A model generated the notes under the pieces. It had not been told where the DNA came from. It did no database searches and was given only the letters and a program-made list of their open reading frames with translations. A DNA stretch of 64,000 bases from Oopsacas minuta (Eukaryota > Animalia > Porifera), in the NCBI GenBank assembly GCA_024704765.1, contig JAKMXF010000044.1, forward strand, positions 620,001 to 684,000. The letters are read 5' to 3'. A program made the translations under genes and the position numbers. Below are positions 1 to 12,875 of this stretch, in pieces (position 1 is the stretch's first letter; each line of letters begins with the position of its first letter).

Positions 1-327
1 CCCTGTGTACCAGATCCCTCGCTACCCGTAAATTAGCGAGAGCACTTACTATGTGTTTATGGTGATTATACAAATGTCAATAGAATTCAATTTACGGTAG
101 CAACCTTTTCTTCTTGAAGTGCTGGCAGCACGTTGGGTGTGGTTCTAGGTCATTTGATGTCAAGATATACATTTTCAAGGCTGTATTTCAGTGGCGAAAA
201 TTTACCAATAAAAGTGGTTAAGGAGGAAAATATATTAGAAATTTTGTTCAAATTTCAATAGAATCATCTACAAATACAAGCTAAGGTTCAATTCAGCAAA
301 ACTCTTTGCTGAATTCCAAGTAATGAG

Positions 328-542
328 CTAAATACCAAATAAATATTACATAAATATTACATAAGCTGAATACCAAATAAATATTACATAAATATTACAT
401 AAGCTGAATACCAAATAAATATTACATAAATATTACATAAGCTAAATACCAAATAAATATTACATAAATATTACATAAGCTGAATACCAAATAAATATTA
501 CATAAATATTACATAAGCTGAATACCAAATAAATATTACATA
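328..542. repeat. Tandem minisatellite, 38-bp unit, ~5.6 copies
   Basis: Unit CT(G/A)AATACCAAATAAATATTACATAAATATTACATAAG starts at 328, 366, 404, 442, 480 and 518 (last copy partial); no spacers. Confidence 0.95.
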
Positions 543-793
543 TGTACACAGGAAATTATGCAAACCTAGCGTCGCACCTAAAGGCGCATGAATTTCAGCT
601 AATATATCTCTAACGATGAGAGAATTCGGCCAAGAGTCTTTGATAATATCATTAATATGCCACTTGAAAATTGCCAAATGCCAAATTGATCAAATTTCAA
701 GCAAATAATATACACCAGGAGTAGAACTTTTGTGACAATTGACTTTGCGTTATATTTATGTCAATCCAATTTTACATGCTATTTAATTAAATT

Positions 794-860
794 CAGTAGA
801 ACGTCAGTTATCCGAACATGATGGGACCGAGGAGGGGGTTTGGATAACTGAAAATGAACT
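794..860. mobile_element. pogo/Tigger-like MITE terminus (relic)
   Basis: CAGTAGAACGTCAGTTATCCGAAC resembles pogo/Tigger terminal repeats; a related end is at 34158-34240. Confidence 0.4.
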
Positions 861-1311
861 GTTACGCCCCATACCCCGAAGTAGAGTGGAGCCCCGTCTC
901 TTAGTATCAAATGATAAACATGCTATACAACGATTCGAATAGTGCGTTAAAATACGCTGGAACAACATGTATGGCTTCTTATCCACTAATCCAAGGTAAA
1001 TAATACCTTCAAAAACAACTCAAGTAGTGCGTTAAAATACACTTAACAACACTATGGAATAGCCTTGATTTAACAATTAAATATTTGAATTCAACATGTT
1101 CCGGGGTAGATGTTAATATGTTCCATACCATATTAAAGAATCTTTTAAAATGGCTGTGATAAGACGGAAACGAACACATTCCACTATGATCACTCGTAAG
1201 TTTAATGTAATAAACTCATGTTATTACAATTGTTTATTAATTAACTATCCGAGCAACACCAAATAACAATCCTGACACTAATCCAAACAAACTCCTTACT
1301 ATAGTTAGAAC

Positions 1312-1765
1312 TAAGGCATTAGTCGATCGTGTTGAACAAGATCGCGACCCGACCTCGATCTTAGCTGAAATTCTGATCGGCGATCCCGATCAAGATCCTT
1401 ATTCCAAAAACGATCTCGATCATTTTCCGATCGTTTTGTGTAATATTCAAGACATATATTTTGATAGTTACATCATTTCTTATACCAAAAGTAACATAAG
1501 TGGAGAATCAACGCATTCTACGAACGAATATTACTGATTGTACACAAATTTGGAACAATTGCCTAAGTATAAATAACGCTAATAATAGTAGCATTCGAAG
1601 TATACAAAAATGATCGAAAAATGATCGAAAATTTTTGTGCAAAAAAGGATCGCGATCTTGCATCAGATCCTTAATAAAACAATGATCGCCGATCGTCGCC
1701 AGATCATCAAAAACGTATCGTGATCGTGATCGAGTGATCAATGATCGTACGATCCTAATGCCCTA
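1312..1765. mobile_element. Non-autonomous hAT-type element with GATC-rich subterminal regions
   Basis: TIRs TAAGGCATTAGTCGATCGT / ACGATCCTAATGCCCTA; perfect 8-bp TSD GTTAGAAC at 1304-1311 and 1766-1773. Confidence 0.9.
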
Positions 1766-2120
1766 GTTAGAACTTAGAAGAGTAGACTAAAATTTCAAAA
1801 TACAACAATAGAAGTTTAGAATTAACTGATTAATAATATAACTACAGAAGAACTCTGTTAGGATTAGGGTACCATTGCCAAAATTATTTCCAGGCCATTG
1901 ATTATATTCTCTTTGATCATGAAGAATTGCAGTTATAATTACAAATTCTACTATAAATAGGTTTCCACATACAGCGGAGACATCTAGAATACTTTTGAAC
2001 CTGCTTTCAGGTTATTTTGCCAACAATGGCACAATCAAAGTTCATGCCCATATATCGTAATTTTTTTCCTTTTTGTCAATTTTTCCGAAATTCTCAAAAC
2101 TTAAACTAACTGAATATTAT

Positions 2121-2273
2121 GGCGAATATCACTAAATATTATTATTTAACGAGTGTTTATGAAAATGAAGATCATTTTTTTTATCAAAATACCTTCTACT
2201 TGTTAAATGTTAGTTTAAGTAACCAAAAGATGATCTTCATTTTCATAAACACTGTTAAATAATAATATTCGCC
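2121..2273. repeat. Short foldback (inverted repeat), probable MITE core
   Basis: TATTATTATTTAACGAGTGTTTATGAAAATGAAGATCAT (~2137-2175) is the near-perfect reverse complement of ATGATCTTCATTTTCATAAACACTGTTAAATAATAATA (~2230-2267); outer GGCGAATAT/ATATTCGCC. Confidence 0.8.
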
Positions 2274-2991
2274 GTAGAAACAACGTTAAAATGTCAATCT
2301 TAGAAAATAGAAGAAATTCGATCAAAAAAATGTATGCGAGCACAAAATAAGTCGTAATTGTTAATGGTTGATAATATGGAAGTCCAGTCAGCTAAAAATA
2401 GTTTGTGACACATTTAACAAGTATGATGACTTGCACTCTAACTTAGATAGGCTTAGTTTAGCATGCTAAAAATACCCCCGGCATATATTGATAGTATGCA
2501 GATAATTAGTATACGGTTCTCAAATACAAATACAGAGACACCTTTTAGTTTGTTTCGTTTATATTTGTTATTGTTTACTTTTTATCATACTTAAATATTG
2601 AAAACGAGTTTGTCGCCTTCTCAAAGGTTAGATAATCTTATTGCGAATTCATATTTATAACACAATATTTCATTTTATAGACTGTCAGGATTTTGAAAAA
2701 CCTTCTGGTTACCCTAGTAAACCGAGGTTGTCAGTATCAGTATGATTCTATGTACATATTATACGAATAATTACTCCCGAAATACTTAATAGAAGTTTAG
2801 TATTATCCAAATTTATAATGATAAGACAAGACACGAGCGATTTAGGACTACCACGTCCACAAAAGAAAACGCTAGTGATTTCGCCCCACCCCCTCCTGTC
2901 CCTATATCGCTAACGTTTTAGGGACGGGGATCCCTAAAACGCATAAACACGCTTACGCCGGCCTAGCGCTCATAAATAACTACATATTACA

Positions 2992-3126
2992 CAGGGCCGT
3001 AGAAAGCAAAGAATTATTGGGCGGGGTAGATTGTATTGGTGCAGCATTCATCACATTTGACCATTAATAATAATAGAAATTTGAGATATTGGTGCAGCGA
3101 GCGCTGCACCGGCTCCTACGGCCCTG
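2992..3126. mobile_element. 135-bp MITE with CAGGGCCGTAG TIRs
   Basis: CAGGGCCGTAG at 2992 and CTACGGCCCTG ending at 3126; ATTACA on both flanks. Confidence 0.75.
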
Positions 3127-3164
3127 ATTACATCAATAATCATTAGCTACGATAGAGACTACGT

Positions 3165-6100
3165 ATGGCGGATTCTGAATTAAACATGAATGATCAAATC
3201 AAAGATGAGGCTGATGATCTCCCAGATGACTATATAATACGATGTAGAGGTCTCCCATACTCTGCCACGCCTGAAGATCTGAAGAAGTTCTTCTCTGCTT
3301 GTAATATCACCAGTGTATTTCTGACGCAAACCCAGGATGGCCGTCCCACTGGAGAGGCGTTCCTGGAATTAGAAGACGAAGATAGTTACAATTCCGGACT
3401 CAAGATGAACAAAGAACACATCGGGAAGAGATATATTGAGGTGTTTGAATCGGACAGACTAGAGATGGATTATCAAATCAAGAAATCTACTCAGGGCTCT
3501 ACAGCAGCTGATGGAGTTATCCGTATGCGTGGTCTCCCATTCAACTGCTCCCGAGGGGACATTGCTGAGTTCTTCAAAGGTCAGTTCCTATACATTTTAT
3601 CAAATACCATATCTGACTATTGTGATAATTGTGTTTGTTAGTTCTGCTTGACAATTATGACATCAGCAGAGTATCCGGATAATTAGGATATGTAACGGAT
3701 ATGGATTAAGATAAGGGATAACGTAGCTGATTAGATCCGGTGTCAGAGGTAGTCCTGTTCCCCTCTAGGGAATATTGTCCCCCGAACATTATTGACTAGT
3801 GAATGATGTTTAAGAAAACATTATTCCCTAGGAAACACTGTTTCTCCGAGTGTTTCCCCTTGCACACTTAGCAACACGTACGCGGGTCAAGGAGACGGGA
3901 ACAAGTATTCCGTAGGGAATCCTGTTTCCCTAAACATCATTCACTCGTGAATAATGTTCGGGGGAACAATATTCACCAAGGGGAAACACTCGGAGAAACA
4001 GGATTTCTCATGACACCGGCCCTCTGGAAGGCAATAGGCTACGAATTTAATATTCTGTATACTTTTATAATTCACTCAGTAGAATGCTTACATAGTCACA
4101 TTCTATATCCTTAGCTCTTCTTTGTGACATATTTGTCATAACTATACAATATACACACTATTTGGGTCTCTACAACTAATTGGGTTTATCGACAAATTAC
4201 AAAAAGACTAAGTTATTTATGTATACACAGAGAGGTAACACCCCGTAATTATGACTCACAAGCACTTAGATTGCATTATAAGTAAATAATATATTAATTG
4301 CGTTATTATTCCTTTCTTTTATTGGGACTGGTGGGTGGATAGATTTTCAGTTAGTGGAGGATGGGATATTGTTAGTACTACAACATGACGGGAGGGCTTC
4401 GGGAGAAGGGTATGTGCAATTGGAATCTGTGCACAATGTCGAGGAGGCTTTGAAACTGAACAATGGACACATTGGCCACAGGTTGGTTAGAAGGGTAGTT
4501 ACTCATAATTTTCATTTCACTCTTGGATTAGTTTAGTTGTCCTTATTAAGGGTTGTAACAATGTCTGTGTGCTATCGGTAAGTTCATTGCTTAAATGCAT
4601 ACCAATCGACATAATGGATTCTATTCTACACAAGTATTCAGGTATCAAGTTGCTAGCTTAACCCTTAAACAGATTAGATAGGGGTGATTAAACTATGGAT
4701 TGCCTTCAGAATGTGGTAATCATTAGGGCAAGATGTAAATTTATTAAGCAAGGCAATACTTACTGACTTCTCTATGTATGATTTAGTTAACCAGGATACT
4801 AGAATTCTCTACGGAATTTCATTAATGGACTCTAATGCCCTTTATTGTATAATTACTTCAGTACTCTAATTATTATTTAATTCTTGACATTCTCTTTGGG
4901 ACTCATTACTCGAGACACAGATTTAGGTCTAGGGAGGCAATAGGTAATTCGAGAGATTACATCAAGGATAAACGATTATGTCATTTAATATATACCTAGT
5001 CTTCTGATGATGTATTTGTATTCTACTAATTAGTGCTAGAGTAATCTTTGCTGAAGAACTAAAATATTACATGCTACTAGAAGCTGATTTTCTTATTAAG
5101 GAAGTAAGAGAATTGTGAATATCCCAAAATCTAGCCTCATTAATCGGGACTAGAAAGGTTCCACATATACAGTATTCATTTTTGTGGCACGTTAAATTGC
5201 CATACAGAATAATGTACCAGGGATATATGAGCTAATTTGTAAAATTATTACTTCTATATTCCAGAATCTAGGTGTTACCCGCCGAAATGAATGATTTATA
5301 ATTTTACAAGATGTTAGAATCAATCCAGAAACACAAAATATACTCCAAATATTTGCTCATTTTGTATATTTAATTATAAATTCAGTATTATTACTACAAT
5401 ACTGTGTCCAGATATGTGGAGCTGTTTCCTAGTACCTTGGATGAGATGCAGAGACACTCCTACCCTCACTCTGGAGGTGGCGATGGAGGGAGTTATTTCG
5501 GCTCTAGGACCTTCAGACCCACTCCCTACGATAGACCTGGATCTGGTCCCTCACGCGGCGGCAGAGGTGGGAGACGAGAAGGGCGTGGGAGAAGCGGTTT
5601 TCTTGGTAGAGCACGGGGTATGCACAGACAGGATTACTATAAGGTAATTAATTGAACAGCTGATGGAAATTTTAGAACTTATTATTATTTGTATTAGGGA
5701 TATGATGAGTCCGAATATGACTACGAATATGAATATGAGCCTGACTACTATCAGAACTATGGACAGGATATGGGAGGCCGCATGGGAAGCGGAGATATGG
5801 TCGCGTACCCTATGAGGGGTGGTCCCCCTCAGCAAAAGAGAGGTTTGCTTGCTCCTTAGAACAAATTTAATTTGTATGTTTATATTACTACTGTATTATT
5901 TATTACATAGGTCATCTGGTACGTATGCGAGGACTTCCCTTCTCTACTACAGAGGATGAGATATATCAGTTCTTCTATCCATACGTCCCGTCAGCTATTT
6001 ATATAAAGTATGACAACTCCGGTAGAGCTTCTGGAGAAGCTGAGGTACATTTCAGCACTCATGGTGATGCTAAGGCAGTAATGACCAAAGATAAGCAGAG

Positions 6101-6278
6101 TATAGGTAAATATTATCAGCCATTAGTTATAGTTATAAATACATTTAATTACTTGTCTTAACTTGCTTTAGGACGCAGATATATTGAACTGTTTCTTGAC
6201 TCATATCAAGAATCTCATGGCTCATTCCAGACTACTCGAGGTAATGTATTTCCTATCCCTCCTGGAGGTTTATACTGA
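3165..6278 (+). CDS. HNRNPH: hnRNP F/H-like RNA-binding protein, three quasi-RRMs, 6 exons
   Basis: Repeated (I/V)R(C/M)RGLP(Y/F), GRPTGEAF/GRASGEG/GRASGEA and RY(I/V)E(V/L)F motifs. Exons approximately 3165-3579, 4343-4481, 5412-5643, 5698-5842, 5911-6105, 6172-6278 with GT-AG introns and consistent phases; the exon 2 acceptor is the least certain. Confidence 0.9.
3741..4015. mobile_element. Ginger1-like non-autonomous foldback element in hnRNP intron 1
   Basis: Termini TGTCA...TGACA, flanked by CCGG (3737-3740 and 4016-4019); long imperfect internal inverted repeats. Confidence 0.65.
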
Positions 6279-7070
6279 CATTATCTAGATAGATTATGTA
6301 GCAGCGTATAAATATTAGCTATTATATTACATCAGCTCTCCACGGCTCGAAATGTTATATTTGGCATCGTCCAAAGAACCGACATAAATTTACTACACCC
6401 ATGATATGATTAAGTTGTGTACAGTATGTAAGTGTTTCAAATCATTTTTTTGCGATGGATCCTGCATTTTGTAAGGTACACAGGGGCCTGGAGCTGGAGC
6501 TGGGTAATAATTACCAAATTCTGGTACTAAAATACACCAAATTACATAGGACGAGACTGCCGGATTTGAGAAACAAGTATAATAAGTATTCACAATTTTA
6601 GATAGTAATTCATTCTTTAGGGAGAACTGCTCCACAAACTGGAGCTTTCGGGAGATCCAGCACAATGACAGGTGCATACAGTCTTCCCCCCCCTGGCGGC
6701 TACTCTTAAGCAGATTTACTCTCATTTTATCTGACTTATCTCTCTTCCTAACAATTATTGAATATTGCTACACTAGTAATTCATATATTATGTTTGTAGA
6801 CTCTTTACTCGGACGAGTATATTATTTCTTCGTTAATTATTTTCCTCGATCTAATCAAATATTTGTATTCACTCCTCATAATGTTAATTATTTGATTAAA
6901 TTTTTGTTACAGTGTTGTGACAATACTCATATGTATTCCACAATACTATAGCAGAAGCTATAAGTGGAGTGGTGGGTAAGCTATAAATTGGTGTGTTCGG
7001 GGATATTTGTCATTATAGAAACCTACTTTTATAAGCAGTGACTTAAGAGACAATTACGATTGGATTTATA

Positions 7071-8379
7071 CGAAGGGCACTCGAAAAGTTTTGACGTTGA
7101 CTGACATATCAGATAGTAATAATAAAATTGACTATTACATTTTTTCAAAATACTCTCCCTGACAATCTATACATTTTTTCATTCTGGTAAACCAATTATC
7201 AAAACATTTTTTCCACTCTTTTTTGGGTATGTCTCCGATCGCTTGGAAAAGTGCCCCTCTCAACTCCTCATTAGTCGAAAATCTCCTCCCACGTAATTAA
7301 TCTTTGAGTCTAGGGAACAACCAGAAGTCGCAAGGGGCTATATTAGGACTGTAGGGTGGGTGAGGTAATGTTTTGAGTCCAGAATTTTCCAAAAACTCAC
7401 GAGTTCTGATTGCCGTACGCGATGATGCATTATCATGATGAAGAAGAATTCCTCTAATGCCTGTCTTCTCCCGCTGTGACTCAATTGCTGTGATGACTTT
7501 GGGTAGGCACACTGTAGTGTACCAGTCGGCAGTAACAGTCTTTCCATCCTCGAGAGCAACAGCTTCGACAAACCCACTAGATCTGAAAAAAATCGCCCAC
7601 ATTTGTTTCCCAACAGATCTAGCCCTTCGCACTTTGGTTGGAGATGGGGCATCTTCTTCAACCCACTCCTTTGACATTCGCTTTGTTTCTGGATCATAAT
7701 GGTATATCCATGTCTCATCACCTGTAAGGACCTCAGGAACAGTTCTTGAACTTCCATTAGCAAACCTTTTGAGCATAATTTTGCAGAAGTCTATGCGGGA
7801 TATTTTTGCTGTAAGTTCAAAGAATGTGGGATCCATCGGATACACAACTTCCTGACACAAAGCTCTTTGTGCAAAATGATATTAATTGTCCCCGATAATA
7901 ACTCGGTTTCATACTCTAACTGAGCGTACGTAATATGAGGATCTTTAGTAATTAGATCTAGCATTTCGTTAACATTCTCCCCATTATGTGAAATATTCGG
8001 CCTTCCTGAACGAGGAGCATCTTCAAGAACAAAGTTTCCGTGAATAAATTCCCTGTGCCATCGTTCAACTGTACTTTGAGAAGGAGCTAGATCCGGGAAA
8101 TGTTCCTGTAAAGATTCATAGATTTCTACTCTTGTCTTCTGTAGTTTGAATAAGATCAAAATCATTTACTCGAAAATCACGTTTTGTGAGATCTGATTTA
8201 GATTGAGATTTTTTAGAAGTCATGTATACTAAAATTATCTAATTTATGAAAGTAGAAGAGATAAATGAATGAAAGTTTCAAAGTAGACTAATAAAATATG
8301 TCTGAAAAGATTGATGCGGAAAATATCCGACAGATTAATGGTTTCATACCAAACGACAAAACATTTCGAGTGCCCCTCG
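7071..8379 (-). mobile_element. Mariner (D,D34D) DNA transposon, full length, transposase frameshifted
   Basis: TIRs CGAAGGGCACTCGAAAAGTTTTG / CAAAACATTTCGAGTGCCCCTCG with TA TSDs (7069-70, 8380-81). ORF pieces 7791-8165 (HTH, APRSGRP) and 7297-7860 (TGDETWIY, HHDNA, YSPNIAPCDF; 34 residues between D2 and D3). Confidence 0.95.
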
Positions 8380-8630
8380 TACCTGGGAAATGGAGGTAGT
8401 TTATGGATGTACGCCGGCCCGACTTCTCCCACGTATTGCATATTCAAATTCTATCCATATTAGATTCTAAGCACTAGCCATGTAATTGGGTAAAATTGCC
8501 CCTGAGCTGACTCACGACCTGTCAACCTGCAGCTACTTGTCCAATTTTACCTTTAATTTTGATTATCAGTTGAATTTCTATTCTATTTGTCTAATTCGAA
8601 ATTTACCACAACAAATAGTATACATATATA

Positions 8631-9254
8631 ATGTCAGCAAACGGCAAAGGCGACCCTATCCTTCCTCAACACAAAAAACCTGATTGGTTCGGGGATGGAA
8701 CCGATCTACCAAAGTTGGCTGCTCTTGGCGAGGGCTCAGTATCTTTCCCGGATTGGGCGACTCATAACGAGTGGGCTCAAGAAGACATTCAAGAAGACAC
8801 TCTCCCTCCTGACGTAAGACCTCCGTATTCTACTGAAGATAGGAAACATGAATGGCAGAGGGAGTCTGTTAAGTTGCCGCCCATTAAACAGAAACAACAG
8901 AGACACAAGATATCAAAAGCAGAACAACCATTCTGGCATCCAAAACCTGAGAAAAGCTTCAAATCATCAAACACAAAACCAATTTATAAACCTAAGGAGC
9001 CTGAGGACGAAGTACAGATGTTTAACTTAATCTCAATGCAGTATCAGAAGGACTGGATAGGTCTAACTAAAAATAGAGATTTTGAATTGGTTAGGAAGAA
9101 CAAACAATTGAAGGAGCAACAAAAAGCTAAACTGTTAGAACACACAGTCAAGAGGAATAATATCAATGCACGTTCTGATAATTCAGGAAAGGAACAATTC
9201 AAACTAAGCAGATTCTCTAACATACCATCTCGTTATCTTAACGCCACGACATGA
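8631..9254 (+). CDS. C7orf57: C7orf57-like (DUF5524-type) protein, 207 aa
   Basis: Motifs SFPDWATHNEW, EWQRESVKLPPI and FNLISMQYQKDW match, in order, my recollection of C7orf57 motifs (SMPDYMVHEEF, VWQREAE..LRLPAI, KLISNGYKDEW). Confidence 0.55.
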   Translation: MSANGKGDPILPQHKKPDWFGDGTDLPKLAALGEGSVSFPDWATHNEWAQEDIQEDTLPPDVRPPYSTEDRKHEWQRESVKLPPIKQKQQRHKISKAEQPFWHPKPEKSFKSSNTKPIYKPKEPEDEVQMFNLISMQYQKDWIGLTKNRDFELVRKNKQLKEQQKAKLLEHTVKRNNINARSDNSGKEQFKLSRFSNIPSRYLNATT

Positions 9255-10050
9255 TATACACGAAAACTTTATTATCTATTACAAGTATAACCAATATGAT
9301 CACAATTATTGTTATTAACTTCTATGAAAATTACCATCGCTTTCATACTTTCTATTATTTATTGATAAATCGAATAATCTGCGCAGTGTCTGTTGTTTGT
9401 TTGTTTATTCAGAATTTAAATATGAAATGCAATTATATATGCAAACATGACCATGATGCAGATAATATTATTATTTATCAAAACGGTGTGTGTTTGTCTG
9501 ATACATGTCAGATAAAGTTTGAAATTCTGAGAGCTAGGAGTACGCTCGTTGCTAGTATTGATTTTCATACCGCTTAAAGAAGGGTCTCGCTCGCATTTAC
9601 TATTCGGACTAACGACAATCCTATTGTAGTGGCCCTGTATTGATTTATTTAATTCCATAATAGCTATAAGCACAATTCGAAAAAATTTCCTACAATTGAC
9701 CCACTCCAAGTCTCAAAACCTTATGTCATACATTTTTACCGTTTGTAATATAAAGATTGGGACTGTCACCCTTGGTAGGTTTACGTAACATTTTAACGGC
9801 CCTAATAATAATTCTATTTAGTTGATTTAATATAATTTTCGATCAAAATAAAATACAGAAAACAATAGAATATATACAAACTAAAAGCAGTTAGTTATAA
9901 CTCCAGCTATCGTGTTTGAGAGTTTCTAATCTATCAGAAAGCATTCATTCTTGTTACTTCGTAATGAATAGTGAGGTTGAGAATCGCAGATAATGATCTA
10001 AGTGTTCGAGAGAAGATGAATTTCGCTGTACGTATCGAGTTAATCTTTAG

Positions 10051-11454
10051 TTAGAAGTGGGGCATAAGAGGAGCTGATAGTAGGGAGGGGTTCTGGTAAG
10101 GAGGACTGAAGTGCTGCATCAGAGGAGAGAACATCAGCTGAGAGGGGTGGGGTGCATGGGAAGCTGGGAGATAATTGAATGTAGCGAAAGTGTGCTGAGG
10201 TGGGAGAGGAGTCACAGGGGGGTATAGGGGAGGGTTGGAGCAGAATATGTACCCACTTTCAGGCTGAGGGGCAGGCATGAAGAGGGGAAACTGTTCACAG
10301 GCTAGGGAGAGAGAAGGACGTCTAGTTGACTTGTGTTTGTTCTCTTTCCATTTGCGATATTCGCGGCGATCAACAGGTTTGGAGAGACTCGCTTCAATTC
10401 TTGATCCGTGTATTTCAGAACCATCCAAACAGTTGACTGCCTCTACACTAACTGCATGAGACTCCAGATGGATGAAAGCAAAATCCTTCATTTTCTTGAT
10501 ACGGTCTACATGTCCGAACTGAGAGAATATCTCCTGTAGCTCCTGTTCACTTGTATCCAGAGTCAGTTTGCGTAGAAATACTACTTTCACATTTGTCATC
10601 TTCTCATGTGACACTTCCATCTCTGGTACAGCCCAGTCAATGCTCAGATTCCTTCCCCACAGGTATAGGGGGCGACGAGACAACTGTTTACACGCCCTCA
10701 CAGCGTCCGCATGAGTTTGGAATTCTAGGAAGGCGAACCCTCTGTTCGTGGTCTTGTCTAGCATGCTGGGGTAGATGATAACTTCCTTTAGCTACAAAGA
10801 GACATAAGACTATTACTATAGAGGAATTATTAAGGAGGAATAACTTACATTATCGCAGAGCTTTGAGAGTTTATAGAATATCTCCTCTGAGTGCACGTAG
10901 CGAGGTAGACCTCCCAGATAGAGACGGCGGTTGTCTTGGGATCTAGTGACTGATATCATCCTACAGGGACGGAGTTGATGTCCATCCAGTTCTTGGATGG
11001 CTGTCTCTGCCGAGGATTCATTCTCATAGACACAGAACGCATATCCACGAGTACTACCAGCCTTGTTATGGTCGAGCATGAGACGGAACTCCTCGATCTG
11101 TCCGGCTTTCTCCATGAGAGGAATGAGTTCATCTTCCAAACAGTCTCTAGGGATCCTGCTCAGATAGACTTCACGACGTCCTGCTCCTGTAACACTAGTC
11201 TGCAGGGGTACACCCATGTTACGCACCCATCTCCGGCAACTAGAGGCCTGTTGGAGGTTGTAGAATTCTTTGAGGAAGAGAAGAGAGGGGAGGGTGAGTT
11301 CAGAGGAGGTCCCGCTCTCGGTTTCAGAAGGGGAGGGGCTAGAAGAGAGTACTGATTCAGTGTCGATAGGGAGAGCAGATGATATGTCTGTCTCCTGGTC
11401 AGAATCAGAGCTTGAGTTCAAACAACTGCAGAAACTGTCTGTTTGAGTCATCAT
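10051..11454 (-). CDS. hnRNP R/Q-family 3-RRM protein (RBM46/RBM47/A1CF-like), 2 exons
   Basis: EVYLSRIPRDCLEDELIP, RGYAF, NRRLYLGGLP, NRGFAFLEF, KVVFLRKL, KDFAFIH. A 57-bp GT-AG phase-0 intron at 10848-10792 joins ...CDN|LKEVIIYPSMLDK...; exons 11454-10849 and 10791-10051. Confidence 0.9.
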
Positions 11455-12733
11455 CCGATTAGAAAGAGATTTAGAAGAGTTGTGAGATAGTCAGTAGAGT
11501 TTTGAATTTATTTTATACTCTCTCTGTTTAGTTTCCCTGTAGACACACAGGTAGTCTGCAACCAGTTAGCTAGTATAGAATACATGTCACAGGTGTTACA
11601 GTTGAGTGCTAGCAAATACAACTTGAGATTCAGGTGTAGCAGACTAATCAATTACTTAGTTACCAATATATTAATATTCTAAGATATTTACGATATTTTG
11701 ATGATTAAATATTTTACAAATACGTAATAATGATCATATTTGAAAGATGATGATATATGAAACAATTTGTATTGAGTAGGACTTGGATTTTGTTTCGCGC
11801 TCAGAACTTTAGAATTGCAATACTGATTAATCTTACTGAAGTGTACGTGTTCCTATCTCTCGTTAAATTACGTTGCTAGATCGTGGATGTGTTTGAAGTT
11901 TGAAATGGTGCAAACAATAATGGACCCGAATGGATAGTAGTAATATACAGCCAACTTGCGTTATATCGAAACTCAAGGAAACACAGCTATAAATACTTCG
12001 ATATACTGCAGAGTTCGATATAACCGAATATTGTGTTAAAGTGTTGTATGAAAATAGGAATATGTTTATTTCCTGCAATGCTACAACAATGTTGTACGAA
12101 ATTTTGTTTCATGCAACATTGATTTACCAGTGTTTGCCCCCTTATTGTGTACAACACTGTTGCATCATATATGGTGGTCTTATAATATGTTACATATTGA
12201 CACATTGAACTACATTTCTGTCATTCATTATTATTTAATGCAGTATAATGTTGTTTATAATATGGAAAAATCATCCTCAAGAGTATTCTACATATTTCCA
12301 TAGCATATGAAATCCTATTTTTGGCATTTACGCAGGAATTTGTGTGACGATAGCTGCAATTCTGCTTATCAAGGGGCCGAGCATCTAATAAGCTAGCTAT
12401 GGTATACCTATTGCTGTGACCCGCAAAACGAATTATATAACTATGAATACAGCAGTAATTAGTCCATGAATAGCAGCCTTACTTGCTAGCAATAATATAA
12501 TTAAACTTTACGATGAACTAATTTAATTTATATTTAATTAAAGTTACGTATTTAAGATTAATCCTGTAATATATCACAATTAGAAAGTATAGAAAATATA
12601 TCATTTACAACTAGTACACTAGTTTACAAATAATTGAAATCATACTAATCAAAGCAGATACTCAGGTATAAGGTGTATATATAAATGGTGTAAGGAGTAA
12701 TAACAGTGTGCTAAAACTGGAGAAATATACTAG

Positions 12734-12835
12734 ATGGATACTCCGAATAATATCACAAAACAGTCTGACAATGAAGTATACACAGAGTTACAAAACGAAT
12801 CACCTGGCAATAGAGGGATTGCTTATAAAATAGAC

Positions 12836-12875
<40 letters not shown>

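Noticed and set aside
328-542. CRISPR-like array
   Set aside because: The repeats are directly adjacent with no unique spacers, there are no cas genes, and the context is eukaryotic.
5414-5835. Alternative-frame and antisense ORFs over the hnRNP exons (and similar shadow ORFs over other genes)
   Set aside because: Explained by the codon structure of the real gene; no independent evidence.
7071-8379. Domesticated or active mariner transposase (SETMAR-like)
   Set aside because: Frameshifted, truncated at the C-terminus, still bounded by TIRs/TA, and with no fused domain: an ordinary dead copy.
9251-9709. Overlapping ORFs 9251-9577 (+) and 9416-9709 (-)
   Set aside because: AT-rich, Ile/Asn-biased translations typical of non-coding 3' regions.
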